A program made the translations under genes and the position numbers. A DNA stretch of 64,000 nucleotides from Pirellulales bacterium. GTDB lineage: Bacteria; Planctomycetota; Planctomycetia; Pirellulales; PALSA-1355. Within the stretch, counting starts at the first letter, position 1. Every line of letters begins with the position of its first letter. Below the pieces are notes generated by a model, which did no database searches, was not told the origin of the DNA, and saw only the letters and a program-made list of their open reading frames with translations. Positions 14,019 through 28,279 of the stretch are shown piece after piece. The stretch lies in contig CAVTBU010000010.1 of the NCBI GenBank assembly GCA_963733035.1, positions 32,001 through 96,000 on the forward strand, in the 5' to 3' direction.

Positions 14019-14847
14019 ATGCGAGATTTGTCTAGCGCTTGTGGGGAAGTTTTGGCCAGGGTCGGAGTGAATCTGCCGCGCGACGCCGGTTTGCTGCTCG
14101 TGGGACACGGTTCGCGCGAGGCCGCGGGCGTGGAGGAGTTTTTGGCCACGGCGCGACTGGTGGCCGCGGCGGCGGGCGATGTGCCGGCCGAGGCGTGTTT
14201 CCTCGAATTCGCGCGACCGACCATCGCCGAAGGATTCCGGCGTCTGGTCGCGCGCGGCGCAAAGCAAGTCGTCGTCGTGCCCGTGCTGTTGTTTTCCGCG
14301 GGTCACGCCAAGCGAGACATTCCCGAGGCCGCCTGCCGCGTTGCGCGGGAATTTTCGGGCATCGCGGTTTGGCAGGCCCAGCATCTGGGGTGTCAGAGCG
14401 ATCTGGTCGCGCTTTCACAACAACGTTACGAGGAAGCGATCGTCGGCCAGCCGTCGGACTTGACGCCGGCCGACAACTGGCTGGTGCTGGTTGGCCGGGG
14501 CAGTTGGGATGCCGGCGCCACCGCCGAGATGCATGCGTTTGCGGCGCTGCGCAAACGGAGTTTGCGGCGGTCCAGTTGAAGTCGGCTTCGTCGCGATGGC
14601 GGCTCCCAAGTTTACCGACGTGTTGGAATCTGCTGCTGCGTCTGGGGCGCGGCAAGTCGTGGTTCAGCCGCATTTGCTATTTGGAGGTGTCCTGTTGGAT
14701 CGTATTGCCGGCATGGTCGCTGAGTATGCAGCGCGGTTTCCACACGCTCGCTGGATCGTCACCGGTCATTTGGGTCCCGCGCCGTCGGTTGCGCGCGCGA
14801 TCCTGGCTCGTGCGGGTGAGAAGCTATCACCCGTGAATGGCTGTTGA
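14019..14847 (+). CDS. cbiX: Sirohydrochlorin chelatase (CbiX/SirB family); frameshift near 14550
   Basis: LLVGHGSR, ACFLEFARPTI, PVLLFSAGHAKRDIP, LVGRGS; the second frame gives VGFVAMAAP, VVVQPHLLFGG, HLGP. Confidence 0.8.
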
Positions 14848-15124
14848 TCGACCATGGTGACGAAGCTGAAGATGCCGACAGGGGGCGGTAATGGCTTACC
14901 TTGCACGTGGTTTGCGACCGATCAAAAGGGAGAGAGCCATCCACGCGTCCAATCGGGGTGGGGTGCTCTGCCTGTCTCGGCAAAATCCCGTCAAAATCGT
15001 CTTTGCGCGACCCATGTTCGCCGTCGTGTCGTAGGTATGCATTGGTAGCTTAATGGCTTTGCGTGTCGCGGCTTTTGGAGCCGCGCGGCAAGTTGAGCGA
15101 TACCAGCAGGCCGCGCCGCTGATC

Positions 15125-15153
15125 TTGCATTCGGAAGCAGAGGCGTATACGAT
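15125..15153 (+). promoter_or_regulatory. Sigma70-type promoter for prc
   Basis: TTGCAT-N17-TACGAT, 63 nt upstream of the ATG. Confidence 0.55.
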
Positions 15154-15216
15154 CTGTTTAAACCTTTTCGTTTGCGGAACTTAGGTCTTCTACGAAACAT
15201 ATTCCGAGAGGTTGTG

Positions 15217-17313
15217 ATGAACCGAGATACCGCCCGAACTTGCCGTTTGCGAAAAACGCAATGGGTCCTAGGTGGAGTGGTTTTGGCGGTGATTTCGGCA
15301 GCCGTCTTGGTTGCCGCCCGGCCTAGCTCGGCGGAACCGACCGGACCGGTCGGGACGGATAAGCACATCACGCGGGCGATCACGATTCTGATGAACCGCG
15401 AGCACCTCACGCGGCATCCGCTGGACAACGAAATCAGCGAGCGCTGGCTGAACAACTACCTGAAGATGCTCGACCCGCGAAAGGTGTTCTTCACGCAAGC
15501 AGACGTTGACGGCTGGAACGCCTATCGCGACCAGTTGGACGACATGGCCCTGCGAGGCGACACGTCGTTCGCGTATCGGGTATTCAATCAGTTCCTCGAC
15601 CGCATCGACGAGCGGGCGAAGCTGGTGCAGGATTTGGTTCGCCAGCCGCAAGACTTCACGATCGATGAAGTTATGGAAACCGATGCCGACACGATCGGCT
15701 ATGCGAAGAACGATGCGGAAATGCGCGACCGCTGGCGCAAGCGCGTGAAGTATGAATTGCTCGACCTGGAAGTCGACAAGGACCTGACGGGCAAAGAGGC
15801 CGCAGACAAAATTGCCAAGCGCTATGAGCATTTGGCCAAGCGGATGCGGAAGACAGACAACGACGAACTGCTGGAAATGTATCTGACGGCTCTGACCACC
15901 GGCTACGATCCGCACACGACCTACATGTCGGCCAGCTCCTTGGAGAATTTCGAAATCCAAATGCGACTGAACCTGGAAGGAATCGGCGCGGCCCTCGAAG
16001 CACCCGAGGGTGAGACCGTGGTGAAGAAGATTATTCCGGGTGGCGCCGCCGCGAAGGACGGCCGGCTGAAGATCGACGATCGTATCGTCGGCGTCGGCCA
16101 GGACGAAGATGGCCCGATCGTCAACGTGAGCGATATGAAGCTCAATGATGTCGTGCAGCTCATCCGCGGTCACCAGGGAACCACGGTCCGGCTGCAGGTG
16201 ATTCCCAAGGATCAAAAAGATCCCAAGATCTACAATATCGTCAGGCAAAAGATCGAGCTCACCGACCAGGAGGCCCGTAGCGACATCCTGGAAGCGGGCA
16301 CGAAGCCGAACGGCATGCCTTACAAGATCGGCGTGATTAATCTGCCCAGCTTTTACATGGACATGAGCGGCGCCCGGAGTGGTCGCGACGACTACAAGAG
16401 CACGACCCGCGACGTGGCGAAGCTGCTGGAAAAATTCAAGGCCGAGCACGTCGACGCCGTGGTGATCGATTTGCGGTGGAACGGCGGCGGCTCGCTGACC
16501 GAGTCGATCAACCTGACCGGTCTGTTCATCGATACCGGTCCGGTCGTGCAGGTCAAGGACTTCGACGGCCAAAAGACCCAATACGACGACACCGAGCGAG
16601 GTGTCGCCTGGGACGGGCCGCTGGTGGTGCTGACGAGCAAGTTTAGCGCAAGCGCCAGCGAGATCTTCGCCGGAGCCATTCAGGACTACAAGCGAGGGCT
16701 GATCGTGGGAGACGAGGCCACGCACGGTAAAGGCACCGTGCAGAGCCTGCTCGATCTGAGCCAGCGGTTGTATCGGGGCATCAGCAACGCTCCGCCGCTC
16801 GGCGCGCTCAAGATCACCATGCAGCAGTTCTATCGTCCGGACGGCGACAGCACCCAGAATCGTGGCGTGCTGGCCGACATCGTGCTCCCCTCGATTACGA
16901 GCCAGTTGGATGTGGGCGAGGCGAGCCTGGACTACGCGATGAAGTTCGACCGCGTCGATCCGGCCCAACACGCCCACTACAGCATGGTCGACGCTCCGCT
17001 GCTGCAGGAACTGCGCAAGCGGTCGGCCGAGCGAACGGGCGAGTCGAAGGACTTTCAGAAGGTGGTCCGCGATATCGATCGCTTCAATAAGCAGAAGGAA
17101 CGCAAAGCCATCTCGCTCAATCGCGAAAAGTTCATCGCCGACAAGGGAGAACTTTCGGCCGAGAAGCAGGAGGAAAAAACATTGGAAGAGCTGAACGATC
17201 CGAATCAACCGGTCGTGAAGCGCGACTACTACTTCGACGAAGTCCTGGACATCACGACCGACTACGCGAAGATGCTCAGCGGCGGCCCCCAGGCCGCGGC
17301 GGTTAAGCGGTAG
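15217..17313 (+). CDS. prc: Carboxy-terminal processing (tail-specific) protease, S41A
   Basis: N-terminal hydrophobic segment, YDPHTTYMS, LEGIGA (PDZ), LPSFY, DLRWNGGGSL, SASASEIFAGAIQDY, GKGTVQ, FYRPDGDSTQNRGV. Confidence 0.92.
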   Translation: MNRDTARTCRLRKTQWVLGGVVLAVISAAVLVAARPSSAEPTGPVGTDKHITRAITILMNREHLTRHPLDNEISERWLNNYLKMLDPRKVFFTQADVDGWNAYRDQLDDMALRGDTSFAYRVFNQFLDRIDERAKLVQDLVRQPQDFTIDEVMETDADTIGYAKNDAEMRDRWRKRVKYELLDLEVDKDLTGKEAADKIAKRYEHLAKRMRKTDNDELLEMYLTALTTGYDPHTTYMSASSLENFEIQMRLNLEGIGAALEAPEGETVVKKIIPGGAAAKDGRLKIDDRIVGVGQDEDGPIVNVSDMKLNDVVQLIRGHQGTTVRLQVIPKDQKDPKIYNIVRQKIELTDQEARSDILEAGTKPNGMPYKIGVINLPSFYMDMSGARSGRDDYKSTTRDVAKLLEKFKAEHVDAVVIDLRWNGGGSLTESINLTGLFIDTGPVVQVKDFDGQKTQYDDTERGVAWDGPLVVLTSKFSASASEIFAGAIQDYKRGLIVGDEATHGKGTVQSLLDLSQRLYRGISNAPPLGALKITMQQFYRPDGDSTQNRGVLADIVLPSITSQLDVGEASLDYAMKFDRVDPAQHAHYSMVDAPLLQELRKRSAERTGESKDFQKVVRDIDRFNKQKERKAISLNREKFIADKGELSAEKQEEKTLEELNDPNQPVVKRDYYFDEVLDITTDYAKMLSGGPQAAAVKR

Positions 17314-17330
17314 TTGGCGGAAACACTGAG

Positions 17331-17364
17331 AAAGCCCAGGGAACGCATTCCCTGGGCTTTTTTT
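17331..17364. terminator. Intrinsic terminator between convergent prc and the MBL hydrolase gene
   Basis: AAAGCCCAGGGAA-CGCA-TTCCCTGGGCTTT followed by a T run. Confidence 0.85.
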
Positions 17365-17372
17365 GTGCGCGA

Positions 17373-18176
17373 CTAGGAAAGCGGCAACCGCAGCCCGTCA
17401 TAGGCCAGCTCCATGCCCTCGGGCAGGGCCTGGTTCGTGGCTTCGTGCTCGAGGTCGTGCGACATGTGCGTGAAGAAGGTCCGCTTCGGCGCGAGCTCTT
17501 GCGCGGCCTGCACCGCCTCGTCCAGGCTGAAATGCGTCGGATGCGGAGTCCGCCGCAGCGCATCGACAATCAAGACGTCGAGACCCTCGAGCAGCGCCTT
17601 GCTTTCGGGGGGAATGCGATTGGTGTCTGTGCAATAGGCGATGTTGCCGAAGCGGAATCCTAATACGCGAAATTTTCCGTGTTCCAGCCGTAGCGGAATG
17701 ATTTGCATTCCCAGTAGTTCGAACGGCTCGGTGCCGATGCGGTGGAACTCAATTTGCGGCACGCCGCCGGCGTAGTTCTTGGCTTCGTGCAAAAACGCAT
17801 AGTCGAACGACTTGCGAATCCGCGCTTCGACCTGCTCCTCGCAAAACACGGGCATCGCGTGCCCCAGGTAATAGGGGAACAACCGCAGGTCGTCGAGGCC
17901 GAAGACGTGGTCGGCATGGTCGTGCGTATAGAGGGTGGAGTGCACCACGCCGATGCCCTCGCGCAACAGCTGGGTTCGCAAGTCGGGCGTGGTGTCGACC
18001 AGCAGCGTGCCGCCGGGCAGACCGAGTGCCAGCGAGCAGCGCAGCCGCTTGTTCTTCGGATTGGCACTGGTGCAAATCGCACAGCCGCAGCCGACCACTG
18101 GCACGCCGACGCTAGTGCCGGTTCCGAGCATGATGAGCTGGCCGTGGATGTCGGCGGTGACGAGTTGTTTTGGCAA
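17373..18176 (-). CDS. PhnP-like MBL-fold phosphodiesterase
   Basis: LGTGTSVGVPVVGCGCAIC, DTTPDLRTQLL, THDHADHVFGLDDLR, AYCTD, HPTHF, THMSH, AYDG. Confidence 0.9.
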   Translation of the reverse strand: MPKQLVTADIHGQLIMLGTGTSVGVPVVGCGCAICTSANPKNKRLRCSLALGLPGGTLLVDTTPDLRTQLLREGIGVVHSTLYTHDHADHVFGLDDLRLFPYYLGHAMPVFCEEQVEARIRKSFDYAFLHEAKNYAGGVPQIEFHRIGTEPFELLGMQIIPLRLEHGKFRVLGFRFGNIAYCTDTNRIPPESKALLEGLDVLIVDALRRTPHPTHFSLDEAVQAAQELAPKRTFFTHMSHDLEHEATNQALPEGMELAYDGLRLPLS

Positions 18177-18301
18177 GGGAGTTTCCAGTGCAGGGGCGCC
18201 GAGTCGGTTGCCTGGAGCGTCGGCGGCGTGAGATTGCGAAAAGTCTTGCAGGTATCCAGGTTACGCCGCATGCGCGTCACTTTGTGCGCGAACAACCGTT
18301 A

Positions 18302-18330
18302 TTGACCCTTCGTAAAAATCGTTATAAATT
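18302..18330 (+). promoter_or_regulatory. Sigma70-type promoter for secA
   Basis: TTGACC-N17-TAAATT in an AT-rich intergenic patch. Confidence 0.55.
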
Positions 18331-18456
18331 AAGGCACTTGCGACTCTTACGCCTCTTTAACCTGCGCTCGCGAGTGGCACCCCGGAGGGGGCGCCGCGAC
18401 ACCGCTTGAGCGCCGCTTTTTCAGGGGTTCACTAGGAACTTTTTGTCGGGCCTGAC

Positions 18457-22141
<3,685 letters not shown>

Positions 22142-22209
22142 GGAAAAGGGGCCGCGACGCCTGGCGTTGCCAAGGGCACGAGTTTTTCGTTGGGAAAGGA
22201 GTCCCCGCG

Positions 22210-23523
22210 ATGCCGTATCTGCTCAATGTCGTCTACCTGCTGATGCTCATTGTCGCCGCTCCGTGGCTGGCGTGGCAGGCCGCTCGCACGGGAAAGTATC
22301 GCGAGGGCTGGGGCCAAAAGCTGCTGGGGCGGGTGGCCACGCGCAAGTCGGATGCGCGCTGCGTTTGGGTGCACGCGGTGAGCCTGGGCGAAGTGAGCCT
22401 GATTGGCTCGCTCGTCGCCGAACTCAAACGCCGTCATCCCGATTGGGAAGTCGTGATTTCGACGACCACGCTCACCGGTCATGCGTTGGCCAAGACGCGC
22501 TACGCCGAACACACGGTGTTCTACTGCCCCATGGACTTTACCTGGGCCGTGAGAAACGCGATGCGTCGCATCCGGCCGGATCTGCTGCTGCTGGCCGAAT
22601 TGGAACTCTGGCCGAACCTGATTGCCGCGGCTCGGCGGCAGGGAGCCAAGGTCGCCGTGGTGAACGGGCGACTCAGCGAGCGGAGCTTTCGCGGCTATCG
22701 GCGGCTGGGTCGCGTCGTTCGTGGTTTACTGGGACGAATCGATTTGCTGGCCGCGCAGAACGAACAATATGCCGAGCGGTTTCGCAAACTCGGCGCCCGG
22801 GCCGATCGCGTAGTCGTGACCGGGTCGCTGAAATTCGACGGGGCGCAGACCGACCGTGCCAATCCGGCCACGACGCGGCTGCGAGCGCTGGCGGGCTTTG
22901 CCGATAGCGACGTCGTGTTTCTGGCCGGCAGCACGCAGGAGCCCGAGGAACGGTTGGCGATCGAGGCCTATAAAGAGCTGTCGCCACTCTATCCGCGGTT
23001 GCGGTTGGTGTTGGTGCCGCGGCATCCCGAGCGGTTTTTGGAAGTTGCGCGGCTGCTGTCGACGAGCGGGCTGATTTGGGAGAAGCGGAGCCAATGGAAT
23101 GAGCGGGGGGGCAACGCCCAGGTACGAGTGCTGCTGGTCGATCAAGTGGGCGAACTGGCGGCCTGGTGGGGCACGGCGGCGATTGGCTACGTCGGCGGCA
23201 GCATGGGCGAGCGGCAGGGGCAAAACATGATCGAGCCGGCCGCCTACGGCTGCGCGGTTTCGTTCGGTCCCAAGACGCGCAACTTTCGCGACGTGGTGTC
23301 GGCGCTGCTGGCTGAAAGCGCGGCGGTCGTTGTCCATGACGGCGCCGAGCTGACGGAGTTCGTCCGGCGCTGCCTGGCCGACGAGAAGTTCGCCGGGGAG
23401 CTGGGCCGACGAGCGGCCGCGGTGGTGGCATCTCAATTGGGAGCGACGGGGCGGACCGTGGATCTAATCGACACACTGCTGAGCGAGAGTGGGTTGTCGC
23501 TCGAAGGGCGGTGCGCGGCGTAG
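22210..23523 (+). CDS. waaA: 3-deoxy-D-manno-octulosonic acid (Kdo) transferase
   Basis: WVHAVSLGE, ISTTTLTG, ELELWPN, NGRLSERS, GSLKFD, AGST, VPRHPERF, YVGGS, GQNMIEPAAYG; AAGGAG RBS. Confidence 0.93.
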   Translation: MPYLLNVVYLLMLIVAAPWLAWQAARTGKYREGWGQKLLGRVATRKSDARCVWVHAVSLGEVSLIGSLVAELKRRHPDWEVVISTTTLTGHALAKTRYAEHTVFYCPMDFTWAVRNAMRRIRPDLLLLAELELWPNLIAAARRQGAKVAVVNGRLSERSFRGYRRLGRVVRGLLGRIDLLAAQNEQYAERFRKLGARADRVVVTGSLKFDGAQTDRANPATTRLRALAGFADSDVVFLAGSTQEPEERLAIEAYKELSPLYPRLRLVLVPRHPERFLEVARLLSTSGLIWEKRSQWNERGGNAQVRVLLVDQVGELAAWWGTAAIGYVGGSMGERQGQNMIEPAAYGCAVSFGPKTRNFRDVVSALLAESAAVVVHDGAELTEFVRRCLADEKFAGELGRRAAAVVASQLGATGRTVDLIDTLLSESGLSLEGRCAA

Positions 23524-23738
23524 TTGCTTTTCAATTGTGCAATGTGCTGACGCCGTAGAATTGCACGCACCATCCGCAAAAATGGGTAGTGGTTCACTTG
23601 AAATCCCCGCACTGAGATGCGGCGGGCAAGGAGTTGTTCAGGCCGCAATCCTGGCGGCATTCTCGTCGGCGTCCGGTTGTTGCGGGCGGTCGCGTGTCGT
23701 GTCGAAGTCGTACCGAGCCGCCGCGCGAATGTCAGACT

Positions 23739-24431
23739 TCACATATGCGTCCGCCGATAGCGTCCGACAAATCCAACAACGGCCACGGCAGCCAGAACGA
23801 AAGCGCTCGGTTCGGGGATCGGGGTCAGTGAAACTTGCATGAGATTGCCGACGTACGATTGTCCGTCGAAATCATCAACGTAGAGGGTGATCTCCCCTCC
23901 GGTCGCTACCCGCGTACCTAGGTCGAACTCTCGGACCTGGAATTGTCCCTGTGCACCTGGCCCATCACTGCCGGTAGCGATGAGTGTGCCGCCGCTGGAA
24001 TAGAAATAGGATTGGAGCTGCCCGCTGGAGAACCCGAATCGGCCTCCGTAAAAGTCGAAGCCGGTATTGACCATCGTTTGGACCTCCACTTTGTAGGGCA
24101 GGTCAGGGACAAGCGAGCCAACCGTCAGTGCGAACTCTGGCGAATTCTCATAGATGTGCCGTGAGGTCAACGCCGTGACCCCTGTGCCGCCATAATCGGG
24201 AGATACGCCAAACTTGTTGTCCGATTGAACGTCGGAGTTGGGCTGCTGGAATCCAATCTGGGGGACTGTCAGATTGATCGCGTCGGCGGGTGAGTAAGAA
24301 ACGGTCGAGCCGGGCGTTACTGCAAATGGAGGGTCGGAAAACGGCGGCTGAATGGTGACGATCACTTCTGCCGATGCCGTGGCGCACAGGCAGATAGCCG
24401 CCAGCGACGCCAGAATGGTTGTCGGTCTCAT
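23739..24431 (-). CDS. PEP-CTERM sorting-domain surface protein
   Basis: Signal peptide MRPTTILASLAAICLCATASA; C-terminal IPEPSAFVLAAVAVVGFVGRYRR (PEP, TM helix, basic tail). Confidence 0.85.
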   Translation of the reverse strand: MRPTTILASLAAICLCATASAEVIVTIQPPFSDPPFAVTPGSTVSYSPADAINLTVPQIGFQQPNSDVQSDNKFGVSPDYGGTGVTALTSRHIYENSPEFALTVGSLVPDLPYKVEVQTMVNTGFDFYGGRFGFSSGQLQSYFYSSGGTLIATGSDGPGAQGQFQVREFDLGTRVATGGEITLYVDDFDGQSYVGNLMQVSLTPIPEPSAFVLAAVAVVGFVGRYRRTHM

Positions 24432-24549
24432 TAGACTTTTCTCTTTCGGCGGGGGTGCGTTGGACTCATGCGGACTACCCCGCCATGATAGTCCAGGGCC
24501 GGGCTGGTTTGGTCTCTCTGAAGTGAACCACTACCCAAAAATGCTATGG

Positions 24550-24579
24550 TTGCGAGGCCGGCTTGCCAGGGCCTATAAT
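24550..24579 (+). promoter_or_regulatory. Sigma70-type promoter for metK
   Basis: TTGCGA-N18-TATAAT (perfect -10). Confidence 0.6.
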
Positions 24580-24653
24580 GCGAAATCACCTTCTGGGACC
24601 GAGCTGGATTGTAATGCAGGCCGGTCCGTTGTCTTGCGAAAGGAGATTGCCAC

Positions 24654-25841
24654 GTGGCCTCGGGAAAATACCTCTTTACCAGCGAATCTGTCAGCATGGG
24701 CCATCCAGATAAGTTGGCCGATCAAATCTCCGACGGCGTGCTCGACGCACTGCTGGCGCAAGACCCGTATAGCCGCGTGGCCTGCGAGACGATGGTGACT
24801 ACCGGCGTGGCGATCGTGGCCGGCGAAATTACCACCAAGGCGGTCGTTGACTATTCCAGCGTTATTCGCCAGGTGATTCGCGACGTGGGCTACACCGACG
24901 ACGAGGCCGGCATCAATGCCGACACCTGCGCGGTCATGGTGAGCATCGACAAGCAGAGCGCCGATATTGCCCAAGGCGTCGACGAAAACGCCGGCAGCGG
25001 CAAGGAGATTGGGGCTGGTGACCAGGGCCTGATGTTCGGCTATGCGTGCAACGACACACCGGAATTGATGCCGCTGCCGATCGCCCTGTCGCATCGCATT
25101 CTCAACCGCCTGACCGAGGCCCGGCAGCAGGGCGAAGTCAAGTGGCTGCGGCCCGACAGCAAAAGCCAGGTGACGGTGGAATACGACGGCGCTCGGCCGG
25201 TGCGTATCGATACGGTGGTCGTTTCGACGCAGCACACGCCGGAGGTTTCGAACGAGGAAATCCGCAAGTTCGTCATCGAGAAGATCGTCAAGCCGTCGCT
25301 GCCGGCCGACCTCGTTACCGGCGAAATCAAGTATCACATCAACCCCACCGGCCGCTTCGTGGTTGGCGGCCCGCATGGCGATTGCGGTTTGACGGGCCGC
25401 AAGATCATCGTCGACACCTATGGCGGCTGGGGCCGTCATGGCGGCGGCGCCTTCAGCGGCAAGGATTCGACAAAGGTCGATCGCAGCGCGGCCTACATGG
25501 CGCGGCACGTGGCCAAGAACATCGTGGCGGCCAAGCTGGCGGAACGGTGCGAAGTACAGTTGGCCTATGCGATCGGCGTGACCGAGCCGGTGAGCGTGCA
25601 CGTCGACACGTTTGGCACCGGCACGGTCGACGATGAGCGAATTTGCGAAGTCGTCTGCGAGATGTTCCCGCTCTCGCCCGGAGGAATTATCAAGTATCTC
25701 GATCTGCGGCGACCGATCTTCCGTAAGACGGCTGCCGGCGGACACTTTGGTCGCGAGGATGCCGACTTTACCTGGGAAAGCACCCACCGCGCCAAGGAAC
25801 TGGCCCAGGCCGTAGGCGAGACCGCGGCGGCCCGCGCCTGA
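24654..25841 (+). CDS. metK: S-adenosylmethionine synthetase
   Basis: [66 protein letters not shown] and GTG start. Confidence 0.98.
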   Translation: MASGKYLFTSESVSMGHPDKLADQISDGVLDALLAQDPYSRVACETMVTTGVAIVAGEITTKAVVDYSSVIRQVIRDVGYTDDEAGINADTCAVMVSIDKQSADIAQGVDENAGSGKEIGAGDQGLMFGYACNDTPELMPLPIALSHRILNRLTEARQQGEVKWLRPDSKSQVTVEYDGARPVRIDTVVVSTQHTPEVSNEEIRKFVIEKIVKPSLPADLVTGEIKYHINPTGRFVVGGPHGDCGLTGRKIIVDTYGGWGRHGGGAFSGKDSTKVDRSAAYMARHVAKNIVAAKLAERCEVQLAYAIGVTEPVSVHVDTFGTGTVDDERICEVVCEMFPLSPGGIIKYLDLRRPIFRKTAAGGHFGREDADFTWESTHRAKELAQAVGETAAARA

Positions 25842-25908
25842 GCGGCCGGCCACGGTAGTGTGCTAAGCGATTGAACGGTTACCGATTCCCTTTATCCGAT
25901 GGAGTCGC

Positions 25909-26778
25909 GTGCGCATGGAGGCGGTCGGTCTCTTAGCGAGTGGTCAGGCGGCCGCATTTCGGCCCACGGCGCCCGTTGTGCGGCTCGGGCGTGCGATTGT
26001 CGCGTCGGGTCTCGCTCTCCTCGCGCTGGCCGGCCTTGTGCTATGCGCTCGCCGGCTGCAAGGTGCGCTCGTTGAGCCACTCGGTCCGGCGACGCTGGTC
26101 GCGGTGGCGATTTGCCTGGCCGTCGCGGCGCTTGTTTTTCGCCGAGTCTGCACGACCCGGGCGGCTGCCGGCCCGACACACTACGCCATCTGGGTCGCGC
26201 CATCGCTCGTGCTCGTGCTTTGGATATCGGCACTTGCCCTGCCGGAAACGGGGAGTTTCAGCCTGGCGCTGTTTTCGGGCATTGTGCTTCTCGAGGAAGG
26301 GTGGAGTTGGGGACGCTTGCGACTGCCAGGGTTGGTGTCGATCGCCACGAATGCAGTCGAGTCAGTGGTCGATGCCGAGCCTGCAGCCTTGGGGAGCTTG
26401 TCGCTCGTGCATGGCGATGACCAATTGCTCGAACCTGATGAAGAGTTGGGGGGGCAGCACGACGCGTCGACGAGCCAGCAGCTCGTGCGCCGCACCGAGG
26501 AGGGGCGCGAGATGATCGAAGGCTGGACGCGGGTCGACTTTGCCGTCGGCCAGCGGCACGCGGCGGCGCACCTGGCGATTTGTCCGCCGCTTGTCCGCAC
26601 GCCCGTTTGCTATGCCGAGCAAGCCGACGGACCATCTGCCCAGGTGAAAGTCACGCAAGCGATGACCTACGGCGTGCGCTGCGAAGTGAAGCTTGACGAA
26701 CCGGCGCGGGAACCGACCAGCGTGATCGTCGAGTTTTCGATCCAGGAGCCCGCATCCGCCGCGCGGTCGGGAGCCTGA
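25909..26778 (+). CDS. Hypothetical membrane protein
   Basis: About four N-terminal hydrophobic helices plus a soluble C-terminal domain (HLAICPPL); fills the gap after metK. Start uncertain. Confidence 0.6.
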   Translation: MRMEAVGLLASGQAAAFRPTAPVVRLGRAIVASGLALLALAGLVLCARRLQGALVEPLGPATLVAVAICLAVAALVFRRVCTTRAAAGPTHYAIWVAPSLVLVLWISALALPETGSFSLALFSGIVLLEEGWSWGRLRLPGLVSIATNAVESVVDAEPAALGSLSLVHGDDQLLEPDEELGGQHDASTSQQLVRRTEEGREMIEGWTRVDFAVGQRHAAAHLAICPPLVRTPVCYAEQADGPSAQVKVTQAMTYGVRCEVKLDEPAREPTSVIVEFSIQEPASAARSGA

Positions 26779-26789
26779 CCGCTAGGAGT

Positions 26790-27830
26790 CTAGCGATTCG
26801 GCACTTCGCGATCGAGTTGCCGCTGGCTCGCGGAGCGAAAGACCTCGCCCATCCGCTTGACGACTTGCGGTGAGGGGAGATCCTGGCGGCCGTCGATGAG
26901 AAACACGAAGTTATCGGCCAGCACTTCCTCGGGATGGATGATGTACTTGGTGTTGCGGCCGATCTGCTCGTGGTAGCCAGGAACCGCTTGCGGATCGAGC
27001 AGCACGGGCTGACCGCCAGCCAGCACGGGCCGGCGATTGCCGTCGACATCTTCGACCTGCATCAGGCGGAACGTCAGATACGAGAATAGACTGCCGCCGC
27101 GCGCCGCGTCGTAGCGCGGAGCATTGGCATAGAGCACGGGCATCAATTCGATCGTCCGCCCGTCTTGGGTCACAGTGATATAGTTGTTGTTGAGCGGGGC
27201 GTCGGGATTCGTGATCTTGCGCGGGGCGATTGAATCGGGCAGCGGCACTTCGTTGCAGGGATGGAAGCCGATCGTGGCATAGAGGGCCTTGCGAAGCTGG
27301 GGATTCTGATTGCTGATCACGTGGAATAGTTCGTGCGGCAGCACGCGGCTGAGTGTTACGGCTGGACCGTCGATCATGTTCTTGGGCAGTACGATCACGG
27401 GTCCGCGGCAGTACGCGGCGGCGCCTTCCTCGCGTCCGTTCGTTTTTACCAGCAGCACCACCGGTGGCAACGGCAGCTTCCACGGCGCGATTTTGCGGGC
27501 CACGTCGGTCCACAGCGGCGTCAGTTTTTGGATGTCGGCTTGCGTCCAAGGGAGCACATGTTTGCCGAGGAACTCCAAAAACTCCGCTTCGCTCACGTCG
27601 GCGTCGGTTCGCGGACGGACCTGCCGGTCGAACGGGCTCAACTGCCGGATGTAGTCGTCGCGAGCCGTGATGGCGGCAACGCCCTGCGGCACGTCGGCAA
27701 AGCGAAGCACGCTGCCGGGCCCCAATGGAATGTCGGTGGCGGCCCAGGCCGGCGAGCTTGCGGTGAAGACCATTAGGACGACGAGCATCGAGGTATGCAG
27801 TTGATTCGCGCTGCGAACAGAGGCAGACAT
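26790..27830 (-). CDS. Secreted putative zinc metallopeptidase (HExxH)
   Basis: Signal peptide ending AWA; LPHELFHVIS, and a downstream HPEEVLADNF as candidate third ligand. Confidence 0.65.
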   Translation of the reverse strand: MSASVRSANQLHTSMLVVLMVFTASSPAWAATDIPLGPGSVLRFADVPQGVAAITARDDYIRQLSPFDRQVRPRTDADVSEAEFLEFLGKHVLPWTQADIQKLTPLWTDVARKIAPWKLPLPPVVLLVKTNGREEGAAAYCRGPVIVLPKNMIDGPAVTLSRVLPHELFHVISNQNPQLRKALYATIGFHPCNEVPLPDSIAPRKITNPDAPLNNNYITVTQDGRTIELMPVLYANAPRYDAARGGSLFSYLTFRLMQVEDVDGNRRPVLAGGQPVLLDPQAVPGYHEQIGRNTKYIIHPEEVLADNFVFLIDGRQDLPSPQVVKRMGEVFRSASQRQLDREVPNR

Positions 27831-28279
27831 GGGAGTTCTTCTCGGCAAGTGACGGTTTCAATTCGTGGTCGACAACCCAATCGTACGCCGTGCCGGATAA
27901 GTTTGCTTTGGATCGCCCGAGAGCGGATTGGCACGGTCTCAGCTTAACATTCCCAGCCCGCGAATGGTGAGCTAGGTGGGGGGCCTGCTCAGAGAATCGC
28001 GCCGGCCCGTTAGGCCTTTGCCTGGGGCCGGTGTAAGCAATAATAGAGTGCAGCGCGGCGATGACCGCGCCGCTGCCGCAATCGGTTCTCGAACCCTCAT
28101 TGGGACGCTCACATGGCACGTTGGCCGCGACACGTTTGGACCTCGATCATCACTTACGGGATGATTTTTGGCCTGTTTCCGCTCCTTTGCGTGCTGGCCG
28201 TGGCCTACGTGCGCGGTTGGTTTTAGCCGATTTCGAACCGGCCGCCTTGATTGCCATTTCGCCCGGAGACCGCGTCACC

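Noticed and set aside
15268..17208. 646-aa antisense ORF (similarly 18577..20361, 24573..25853, 41722..42960, 43478..44845, 57569..59518)
   Set aside because: Shadow frames opposite well-supported genes, expected with high-GC codon bias; no recognisable motifs.
28114..28129. TGGCACG-N4-CCGCG as a sigma54 promoter
   Set aside because: Poor -12 element; GC at that position is common by chance in this genome.
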